A stretch of DNA of 37,624 nucleotides from Candidatus Desantisbacteria bacterium CG1_02_49_89 (GTDB lineage Bacteria; Desantisbacteria; UBA1551): NCBI GenBank assembly GCA_001871075.1, contig MNUP01000059.1, positions 1 to 37,624 of the forward strand, read 5' to 3'. The number at the start of each line of letters is the position of its first letter. Positions within the stretch are counted from its first letter, which is position 1. The position numbers and the translations under genes are program-made. The notes beneath the pieces were generated by a model. The model saw only the letters and a list, made by a program, of their open reading frames with translations, was not told the origin of the DNA and did not search any database. Of the stretch, positions 27,004 to 34,864 are shown piece after piece.

Positions 27004-29019
27004 CTATTTCGGGAAAAGGTTCAGGGCAGCGCTGAGCTTCAGGATAAGCGGCGCGAAAACAAGAGACACAACAGCCATCAGCTTGAGCAGTATGTTCATT
27101 GCCGGAGCAACGGTGTCCTTGAACGGGTCACCGACAGTATCGCCTATGACCGCAGCCGCGTGGTTGGGCGTGCCTTTGCCGCCCAGATATCCCCCTTCGA
27201 TATATTTTTTCGCGTTGTCCCACGCCCCGCCCGCGTTCGCCATCATGATGGCTATCGGGACCCCGGATACAAGAGAACCGGCGAGAAGCCCGCCCAGAGC
27301 TTCCTTGCCCAGCAGGATCCCGGTAACTATCGGTATTGCCACCGCAAGAATTCCCGGAACGATCATTTCCCTGAGCGCGTGCGCTGTCGTGATATCAACG
27401 CATTTCGCGTATTCGGCGCGGCCCGTGCCTTCCATCAATCCGGGAATCTCCCTGAACTGCCGCCTTACCTCTTCAACGACTTTGTAAGCGGACCTTCCCA
27501 CTGCCTTCATTGTCATCGCGGCGAACAGGAAAGGTATAACGCCCCCGATGAAAAGGCCTGCGATGATCTTTGAATCCATAATGTCTATCGCGGTCATCTG
27601 TGCCGCCTGGTTGTACGCGAAGAAAAGCGCCAGCGCTGTCAGAGCGGCTGAGCCTATCGCGAACCCTTTCGCGATAGCGGCTGTTGTGTTTCCCGCCGCG
27701 TCCAAAGAATCCGTTATTTTTCTCACCTCAGGCCCCAGGTGCGCCATCTCGGCGATGCCGCCTGAATTGTCTGATATGGGGCCGTACGCGTCCACAGCAA
27801 CGGTTATGCCTGCTATCGCGAGCATTCCCACCGCGCTTATGGCTATGCCGAAAATTCCCGCGGAAATATAAGAAATGATTATCGCCAGAGCTATGACGAT
27901 CATCGGTATGATCGTGCTCATCATACCTGTTGCCAGGCCCTGGATTATCACGGTCGCGGCCCCTGTCTTGGAGGCATCCGCGATCCTTTCAATGGATTTT
28001 CCGGACGTGTAGAACTCAGCGGTAAAGCCGATGATCATGCCCGCGACAAGGCCTGAGAAGATCGCCCAGAACACAGGCATCGAACCGTACCAATATTTCA
28101 CCACTACGAACGCGGCTATTGCGAATCCCACCGCGCTTGCGATAGTGCCGTTGCGCAGAGCTGCCTGCGGATTTTTTGTGCCTGATTTCACGAAGAAGGT
28201 CGCGAGAATAGAAGCAAGTATCCCGCCTGCCGCAAGCAGAAGCGCGAGCGCCACTCCCTTGAACTGCATCTCCGGCGCGAGAGTCGCGACGGCTATGACA
28301 AGCGTGCTTATTATCGCGCCTACGTATGATTCGTAAAGGTCAGCGCCCATTCCCGCAACGTCCCCGACATTATCGCCCACAAGGTCGGCTATGACAGCAG
28401 CGTTCCTGGGGTCGTCCTCAGGTATGTTCTTCTCGACCTTGCCCACAAGGTCAGCCCCGACGTCAGCTGCCTTGGTATAGATCCCGCCGCCGACCCTCGC
28501 GAAGAGCGCGACTGAACTTGCGCCCATGCTGAAACCCGCGAGTATGTTCACTGTCTGCGACATACCCAGCCCGATCTTCGAGAAAATAAGATAAAGAACA
28601 GATATAGCGAAAAGTCCGATGCTTACAACCGACATCCCCATAACCGCCCCGCCAGGGAACGCAACTCCCATTGCCTCGCTGAAACCTTTCTTTGCCGCCT
28701 CGGCAGTGCGGGTGTTCGCCTTGGTCGCTATCTGCATACCGACGTATCCGGCGGAGATGGAACAGAGCGCTCCCACGCAGTACGCTATGCCCGTGTAAAC
28801 ATTTATGGCAAAAAATAAAACCACCACAAGCACCGCGACAAAAACAGCGATCGCCTTATACTCCCTGTACAGGAAAGCCATTGCGCCTTCCCGTATCGCG
28901 CCGGAGATCTCCTGCATCTCCTTTGACCCCGGGTCCTTCTTAAGTACCATGAGTGACAGGTACAGAACGAAAATTAACCCCGCAAAACCGATCACAGCTG
29001 AAAAAATTACCGAATGCAT
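27004..29019 (-). CDS. hppA: Membrane-bound K+-dependent pyrophosphatase, probably Na+-translocating
   Basis: [43 protein letters not shown] (Ala indicates K+ dependence), [11 protein letters not shown]. Confidence 0.95.
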   Translation of the reverse strand: MHSVIFSAVIGFAGLIFVLYLSLMVLKKDPGSKEMQEISGAIREGAMAFLYREYKAIAVFVAVLVVVLFFAINVYTGIAYCVGALCSISAGYVGMQIATKANTRTAEAAKKGFSEAMGVAFPGGAVMGMSVVSIGLFAISVLYLIFSKIGLGMSQTVNILAGFSMGASSVALFARVGGGIYTKAADVGADLVGKVEKNIPEDDPRNAAVIADLVGDNVGDVAGMGADLYESYVGAIISTLVIAVATLAPEMQFKGVALALLLAAGGILASILATFFVKSGTKNPQAALRNGTIASAVGFAIAAFVVVKYWYGSMPVFWAIFSGLVAGMIIGFTAEFYTSGKSIERIADASKTGAATVIIQGLATGMMSTIIPMIVIALAIIISYISAGIFGIAISAVGMLAIAGITVAVDAYGPISDNSGGIAEMAHLGPEVRKITDSLDAAGNTTAAIAKGFAIGSAALTALALFFAYNQAAQMTAIDIMDSKIIAGLFIGGVIPFLFAAMTMKAVGRSAYKVVEEVRRQFREIPGLMEGTGRAEYAKCVDITTAHALREMIVPGILAVAIPIVTGILLGKEALGGLLAGSLVSGVPIAIMMANAGGAWDNAKKYIEGGYLGGKGTPNHAAAVIGDTVGDPFKDTVAPAMNILLKLMAVVSLVFAPLILKLSAALNLFPK

Positions 29020-29039
29020 CTAAGTCCTCCCTTCTATTT

Positions 29040-29063
29040 AAAAATGTCATAAATGACATTTTT
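29040..29063. promoter_or_regulatory. Operator-like 11-2-11 inverted repeat in the hppA leader
   Basis: AAAAATGTCAT-aa-ATGACATTTTT between the promoter and the RBS. Confidence 0.45.
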
Positions 29064-29137
29064 TGATTACAGCGATAAAAACCCGATTGCAGCGATTATA
29101 TACTAAGCTCAATAGCTTGATGATATAATTATATTAG

Positions 29138-29165
29138 ATTATATATATATTTTAGAATTTGTCAA
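29138..29165 (-). promoter_or_regulatory. Sigma70 promoter for hppA
   Basis: Minus strand TTGACA (29165-29160), 16-bp spacer, TATAAT (29143-29138). Confidence 0.7.
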
Positions 29166-29277
29166 ATATAATATACTTTGATAGTGAATATTAATGGATT
29201 CCGAAGTTTTAACTTTCAGCCTTCAGCATTTAGCATTCAGCAGATTCGGCTTTCAACTTTTAACCCTTTTAACCTTT

Positions 29278-30741
29278 TTAACCTTTAACTGCTTTTATCA
29301 GCGCGCGCGCCTTATCCAGCGTCTCCCGGTATTCCTTCCTTGGGTCTGAATCAGCGACAATGCCCCCGCCTGCCTGGAAATATGCCTTCCTTCCCTTTAT
29401 CACGAAAGTGCGTATCGCTATGTTCAGGTCAGCGCTGTTGTTGAAACCCAGGTACCCGATCGCTCCGGTGTAAACATTCCTTTTTGTCGGCTCAAGCTCC
29501 TCTATGATCTCCATCGCCCTAATTTTGGGAGCGCCTGTTATCGACCCTCCGGGAAAAGCAGCCATGAGCAGGTCCACAACGCCTTTTCCTTTATAAAGCT
29601 TGCCTTCCACTGTTGAAACAGTGTGGAATACTGTGGGAAGTTTTTCAAGCCTTACTGGTTCTTTCACGCGCACAGTCCCGTAATCGCACACCCTGCCAAG
29701 GTCGTTCCGCTCAAGATCAACTATCATCACAAGCTCAGCCCTGTCTTTTCTGCTTGCCATAAGCTCATCTGCCAATTTCCTGTCTTCAGCCGGAGTTCTG
29801 CCCCGCGGCCTTGTGCCCTTTATCGGCCTTGTCTGGACATCCCTGTCCCGAACTCTGAGGAAAAGCTCAGGCGAGGAACTGACAATACTAAAGGTTCCGT
29901 AATCAAGATACGCGGAAAAACAAGCCGGGTTTATGTTGCGCAGTCTTTTAAACAGCTCAAATGGATGTGTATCAATATGGCACATAAACCTTTGAGATAA
30001 ATTTGCCTGATATATATCTCCTATTGAAATATAGTGTTTTGCGCGCTTAATAGCCCTTACATAGCCAGAATAGGTAAAATTAGATGTCAGTCTACCACTT
30101 TTAATATGCCTTTTTAGCTCTTTTTGGGATTTGGTATCTGCTTTATTAGTTTCTTTAATTCTATTTTGGGTTGACGTTAACCAGTCTCTATTTATCCCAA
30201 AGATATAAGCCTTTTTCTTGAAATTGTCAAAAACCATACCCTGGTTATAAAAACATAAATAGCAATCCGGTAAATTAATATCGTCTTTGGCTATATTGGG
30301 CAGTTTTTCAACATGCCATCCCAGATCATACGCGAAGTAGCCGACTGCGCCGCCGGTGAAGGGCGGTCGTGCGTCGTGCGTCGTAACATCGTAACATCGT
30401 ACGTCGTAGGGCAAGGCTTTAGCCTTGCAATCCTTAAGGGCAGCCGCAGACTTTTCGAAGACCTCGCCCGTCTCTTTGGGCGGGAGCCTGCGTAATAAAT
30501 CCTTGAGAAGATCAAAAGGATTACCTTTAAGATGCCTGGTTCTGCCGTTCTTTACTATCTCAATTCTTCTGCCTTTGCTGATAAACTTCAGGAAGGGGTC
30601 AGAGCCCATTATTGAATACCTGCCGTATTCAAGGTTAGGCATTCCAGATTCCAGCAGGAACGGATAGGGTTTGTCTTTAAAAACCCTTTCAAATGCTTGA
30701 ACAGGCGTCAGTTTCAGATCAGTAATCTCAATTATTTTCAT
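29278..30741 (-). CDS. pabB: Aminodeoxychorismate synthase component I
   Basis: FLLESG, FTGGAVGYFAYD, GDIYQANLSQRF, SSSPELFL, TRPIKGTRPRG, MIVDLERNDLGRVC, FPGGSITGAPKIRAMEII; PIKGT favours PabB over TrpE. Confidence 0.88.
   Translation of the reverse strand: MKIIEITDLKLTPVQAFERVFKDKPYPFLLESGMPNLEYGRYSIMGSDPFLKFISKGRRIEIVKNGRTRHLKGNPFDLLKDLLRRLPPKETGEVFEKSAAALKDCKAKALPYDVRCYDVTTHDARPPFTGGAVGYFAYDLGWHVEKLPNIAKDDINLPDCYLCFYNQGMVFDNFKKKAYIFGINRDWLTSTQNRIKETNKADTKSQKELKRHIKSGRLTSNFTYSGYVRAIKRAKHYISIGDIYQANLSQRFMCHIDTHPFELFKRLRNINPACFSAYLDYGTFSIVSSSPELFLRVRDRDVQTRPIKGTRPRGRTPAEDRKLADELMASRKDRAELVMIVDLERNDLGRVCDYGTVRVKEPVRLEKLPTVFHTVSTVEGKLYKGKGVVDLLMAAFPGGSITGAPKIRAMEIIEELEPTKRNVYTGAIGYLGFNNSADLNIAIRTFVIKGRKAYFQAGGGIVADSDPRKEYRETLDKARALIKAVKG
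30365..30491. repeat. Composite repeat insertion inside pabB
   Basis: GTCGT/ATCGT array 30365-30407, GTAG-g-GCAAGGC-ttta-GCCTTGC 30406-30428, hairpin-in-hairpin about 30446-30491. Confidence 0.85.
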
Positions 30742-30756
30742 ATTCACCGGTTAAAA

Positions 30757-30984
30757 GTCATTGCGAGCCCTGATGTCATATCAGGGCGCGGCAATCCGTC
30801 GTTGCGAGCCGAAGCCGCGAGCAAAGCGTGGCGGGCAGGCGAAGCAATCTCATATTGGATTGCTTCGTCACTTTGCTCTCCGAAGGAGTCCGTATGACTC
30901 TTCGGAGTCCATCGGACCTCGCAACGACGGATTGTCCCGAAGGGATCCCTTTGGGACTTCGTCACTACCGTTCCTCGCAATGAC
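30757..30984. repeat. Nested GTCATTGCGAG...CTCGCAATGAC palindromic elements
   Basis: Outer IR 30757/30984, inner IR cgtcgttgcgag 30797-30808 / ctcgcaacgacg 30918-30929, further small hairpins inside both. Confidence 0.85.
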
Positions 30985-30986
30985 AA

Positions 30987-33443
30987 TCAAATATTCAGCA
31001 CTGTTATTTTAATTGTTTTTATTTCATACGGATTGAAACTGAGTTTAACTGAGTTGCCTTTTACCCGGAGCGTGCGCAGGTCTCTTTCGATCATGTCTGT
31101 TTCAGACGCGCTCTTGACTGGCGCGCTGAATTTGATCTCAACTGTTGTTTTCCTGCCCATTGTTTCATAGAACCTTAAAACCAGGCCGTTCCCGTCCTCT
31201 GCTTTTTTAAGCGCAGACATTATTATATTTTCTTTATTTATCCCGGCAAAAGAATATGCCGGCTGCGTTCCCTTTCGGGCAGAGACAACCACAGGCATCA
31301 AAGGGTAGTTGAACTCGTACCCCAGGCGCGGCGCGTTTATTTCCCTCCATCCGCCCTTGTGCGGGTAAAGCGCGAACGATATCCTGTGCGTACCCAGGTC
31401 AGAATTTGCTTTTATTATGCCTGCCGGGTTCCAGGGATTGTATCCGGGATAAGAAGGCGTGCGAAGCGCGCTCATCCTCACAACGTTGTTTTTCGCGTCA
31501 AAACCGTACCTGTTGTTATTGACAAGGCAGGCGCCGAATTTGCCGGAGGTGTCTGTGTGGTCCACCCATCTTTGCCCCGGGACCTCTTTCCTGTCCCTTT
31601 GTTCCACGGTTGCCTGCGGCGCATCAGGGTCCAGGCGCTCTGTGCAGCCGAAAGGTATTTCGAATGCAGTGCGGTCGTTCCGGGCAAAAAACGGAAAAGC
31701 TACTTTCAGCATCTTGTATTTGGAATGCCAGTCGAGTGAAAGGTCGAATTCAACAAGAGGCAGGCTGTCGTAAACCGAGATATGCATTGTTGCTTTTGAA
31801 TCAGGAGAGCCCTTTTCCCTGAAAACGTAGTCCGCTTCTATGCTTGCCCTTACAGGCCCTTTTTCCGTAACCCTCAGTTTCCCTGCTATTTTCATCTCAT
31901 TCATCCTGCCAAGGTGTATGTTCCAGGCGGTTTCCTGCTCACCGGGGAAATTGTCTTCAAAAACCTGCAGCGCTATGCCCCTGCCCGAAAGCGTATTCCT
32001 GCCGCCCTTTCTGTTCAGTATCTTTGTTATCCTTCCGGAAGAAGAATCAACGCACACGTGGAAATATTTGTTCTGGATACAGCAGGTTCCCGCCCACAGC
32101 GATGGCCTTGCCTTGTTTTTTGGCGCGGCGCTTATCTTTCTGTACCCGCTGTACCCCAGGGAGGGAACATCTTTTGCCATGAAAAGAAGTTTTTCCTTCC
32201 CGCCCTCTTTAATTTTCTGGGACAAAACGCTTTTGCCTGAACTATCAACTATCCCCGATGCGTCTTTCGCCTCGATCGCCGCAGGGCCTGTTCTTTTCCA
32301 GGAAAGCGGGTTGAAAACAGCAAACGGCTTTCCCTCCGCAGGGTTGCCCGCGCACGCGGGAATTTTTTCAAGCGCGGCATTGAGCAATTTTTTCCCTTTA
32401 TTAAAGATATCCTTAAAATCAGCTCTTGAATCGTCGTATACCTTCGGGATGGATGTGCCTGCAAGTGAATCATGGAACTGGTTGAAAAGCAGTGTTTTCC
32501 AAAACTCATCCAGTTCCTTTTTCGGATACGGGACCCCGGAAATAACAGAAAACCTTTCAATGCAGTCAAGCAATACTTCGGCCAAGCGATTGTTTTCCTT
32601 TATCTCGGAAAATGTGGTGAACGTGCCCTGGTGGGTCTTAAGGTACAGCTCGTCGTCCACAAGAGGTATATCCTTTTCTTTCACTTCTTGGGAAAGGGCT
32701 TCAAAATATCCTTCGGCGCTTGAGCATTTTATTTCAAGCCCGGGGTTCTCTCCGATGAACTTTTCAAGGTTTCCCACCATGTCCGGCACAAGGCCTTCAC
32801 CGTGGTCCCCGTTCCCGAACAGAAAGATCAGAGTTTCTATTCCGTGCGTGTTCCTTATAACCCCGAGCTGGTGGTTTATCCCGGCAGGATTGTCGTTGCT
32901 GTAAAGCCCGACTGTCTGGATCCCGAGTATCTTTGTGCCGTCAGGTGATTTCCACCAGAACGCGTAGTGGGGGAACGGGTGGAACGACTGCCACACGAGC
33001 TTTGACGTCAGGAAATAATCAATGCCGCTTTTCTTGAAGATCTGGGGAAGGGTGCGGCAGAAACCGAAAGTGTCAGGAAGCCAGGCAACCCGGACTTCCT
33101 TGTTGAATTTCTCAAGGAAATACCGCTTCGCGTATAATATCTGGCGCGCCAGGGACTCAGAGGACGGCAGGTTACAGTCCGACTCCACCCACATCCCGCC
33201 TACCGGTTCTATTGCTCCATTCTCTATTTTCTCTTTTATTTCTTTGAACAGTTCCGGGAATTCCTTTTCCATCCACTCATAATACTGCGCCGTGCTCTGG
33301 GAATAAATAAACCAGGGGTATTTTTTTATTATTTCCAGCACCTGCGAAAAGGTCTTGCGGCAGATATCCAGGGTTTCTTTTCTATCCCACAGCCACACCG
33401 CGTCAATGTGCGAGTGGCCGACCACGAACACTCTGGGCTTCAT
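30987..33443 (-). CDS. Alpha-mannosidase, glycoside hydrolase family 38
   Basis: GHSHIDAVWLW, VGGMWVESD, WLPDTFG, GNGDHG, ELYL..HQGT, LFNQFHD, ALKKAED..LVLRFYE. Confidence 0.92.
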   Translation of the reverse strand: MKPRVFVVGHSHIDAVWLWDRKETLDICRKTFSQVLEIIKKYPWFIYSQSTAQYYEWMEKEFPELFKEIKEKIENGAIEPVGGMWVESDCNLPSSESLARQILYAKRYFLEKFNKEVRVAWLPDTFGFCRTLPQIFKKSGIDYFLTSKLVWQSFHPFPHYAFWWKSPDGTKILGIQTVGLYSNDNPAGINHQLGVIRNTHGIETLIFLFGNGDHGEGLVPDMVGNLEKFIGENPGLEIKCSSAEGYFEALSQEVKEKDIPLVDDELYLKTHQGTFTTFSEIKENNRLAEVLLDCIERFSVISGVPYPKKELDEFWKTLLFNQFHDSLAGTSIPKVYDDSRADFKDIFNKGKKLLNAALEKIPACAGNPAEGKPFAVFNPLSWKRTGPAAIEAKDASGIVDSSGKSVLSQKIKEGGKEKLLFMAKDVPSLGYSGYRKISAAPKNKARPSLWAGTCCIQNKYFHVCVDSSSGRITKILNRKGGRNTLSGRGIALQVFEDNFPGEQETAWNIHLGRMNEMKIAGKLRVTEKGPVRASIEADYVFREKGSPDSKATMHISVYDSLPLVEFDLSLDWHSKYKMLKVAFPFFARNDRTAFEIPFGCTERLDPDAPQATVEQRDRKEVPGQRWVDHTDTSGKFGACLVNNNRYGFDAKNNVVRMSALRTPSYPGYNPWNPAGIIKANSDLGTHRISFALYPHKGGWREINAPRLGYEFNYPLMPVVVSARKGTQPAYSFAGINKENIIMSALKKAEDGNGLVLRFYETMGRKTTVEIKFSAPVKSASETDMIERDLRTLRVKGNSVKLSFNPYEIKTIKITVLNI

Positions 33444-33455
33444 GTTTACCTCTTC

Positions 33456-33567
33456 AATTATGAATTATGAGTTATGCCCCGAGGGGCATTATGAATCAAC
33501 AACGTGGATTTTATTTCAAATAAATACCTTGTTGTTAACTTTCAACCTTCAACTTTTAACCTTTAAC
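33456..33567. repeat. TTATG 7-mer array with inserted hairpin, plus TTAACC/TCAAC array
   Basis: aattatg aattatg agttatg [ccccgagggg] cattatg; ttaactt/tcaacct/tcaactt/ttaacct. Confidence 0.8.
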
Positions 33568-34624
33568 CGAATTTTCTTCCTTCGTCTAACATAGCAAGGT
33601 AGTTCCTGACCGGGACGTAGTTGGCGACCGAGTTGCCTGTGCCCAGGGCGTAGCCGCCTCCGGGCGCGCACTGTTCAAGCACGCTTCGCGTATACGTGCG
33701 CACTTCGTCTTCCGTGTGCCTGCACAGGAAATCCATGTCAATGCCGCCCAGTATCGCTATGCGCTTGCCGTAGATCTTCTTCGCCTCGGTGACCGGAAGT
33801 ATCACGTCCTCGTATGAATGCTTGGCGTCTATCCGCACGGTATCTATCAGGTTATCCATAATTTCTTTAAGGTTCCCGCAGGAATGCAGGATGAACGGCA
33901 CGCCGCGGGCGTGCGCGATGTCCGCAAGCCTTTTCTGGAAAGGGAGCACAAATTTCTTCATCACGTCAGGGCTCATCATAGTGCCGGTCTTATACCCCAT
34001 ATCATCCCCCAGAGCTACCGCGCCGACGTTCTCGAACTGCAAAGCGCGAGCGAATATGTCCGAAAGACAGGTGGTAACCCTTTTTACGATCTCTTCCACG
34101 AAACCGGGGTCCTCAAAAACCTTATAGCACATTGTTTCAAAACCTATAAGCCTTACCGTGTTCTCATAAATACCCCCGGGGCCAAGGAAAACGATCTTCA
34201 TCCCGTCAGGCAGGTTCTTGTTAAGGAACTCCAGCTCATACCAGCTCATAAGCTGCACGGCCGGCCAGGGATATTCCTGTATATTGTTAGCATCCGAAAT
34301 GACGCCGTGATGCTCGTCCTGCCATTCCCTCTGCTCGCGCTGCAGCCCGGCGGTGTCATCCGCCTTAAGGTTGGGGTATGAAAAAACTTCCCTTGACCGC
34401 CCAGCCCTGCCAGTGACGTAGTCATAACCCAGGTCGTGGTAGAATTTTATCACGCCCCTAAGGTATCTCTCTTTCTCGTCCTTGTTCCTGCGGTCAAGCT
34501 TGGTCAAAGGTTCGCCTGTGACAGCTTCCATTATCTCCGGGTCAGCGAAGATCTCGTAGAACGGCACCCTGTCAGGCTCACCCTGCCGCAGCAGCACTTT
34601 TTTCAACACTTCAAAATCCGCCAT
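33563..34624 (-). CDS. Uroporphyrinogen decarboxylase / MtaA-CmuA family protein
   Basis: EPDRVPFYE, LGDDMG, LHSCGN, ILGGID, GGGYALGTGNSV; ATG 34624 after GGGAG, and the ORF-track extension runs through the 84-bp repeat. Confidence 0.85.
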   Translation of the reverse strand: MADFEVLKKVLLRQGEPDRVPFYEIFADPEIMEAVTGEPLTKLDRRNKDEKERYLRGVIKFYHDLGYDYVTGRAGRSREVFSYPNLKADDTAGLQREQREWQDEHHGVISDANNIQEYPWPAVQLMSWYELEFLNKNLPDGMKIVFLGPGGIYENTVRLIGFETMCYKVFEDPGFVEEIVKRVTTCLSDIFARALQFENVGAVALGDDMGYKTGTMMSPDVMKKFVLPFQKRLADIAHARGVPFILHSCGNLKEIMDNLIDTVRIDAKHSYEDVILPVTEAKKIYGKRIAILGGIDMDFLCRHTEDEVRTYTRSVLEQCAPGGGYALGTGNSVANYVPVRNYLAMLDEGRKFG

Positions 34625-34645
34625 ATAAACTCCCTTTTGCAGCCA

Positions 34646-34729
34646 AAGATTTCCACGAAAGCACTCCGCCCGTCTTTCAGCGGGCGAGACTTCGCCCACC
34701 TGAAGGGATGGGCGAGGAAAACACGAAAA
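34646..34729. repeat. 84-bp composite element, copy 2
   Basis: 80/84 identical to 2800-2883, same orientation. Confidence 0.9.
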
Positions 34730-34756
34730 AATAGATCTACGTATTCCCCAGAACCT

Positions 34757-34864
34757 GGAGTAGAGCCTTTAGGCTCGTTTTCTTCAGGAGTAGACCCTTT
34801 AGGGTCGTTAAATAACGGGGCTCCCTCCTTAAAGACTGGCGGGTCTTCGAAAAGCCCCTACTCC
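34757..34864. repeat. Cluster of three GGAGTAG REP-like hairpins
   Basis: ggagta-GAGCC-ttta-GGCTC; ggagta-GACCC-ttta-GGGTC; inverted ggagta-GGGGC-ttt[insert]a-GCCCC. Confidence 0.8.

Noticed and set aside
2800-34729. The 84-bp pair as a DGR TR/VR pair
   Set aside because: The four mismatches are G/A, A/G, G/A and T/C, so they are not confined to adenines of one copy; both copies are intergenic and hairpin-rich.
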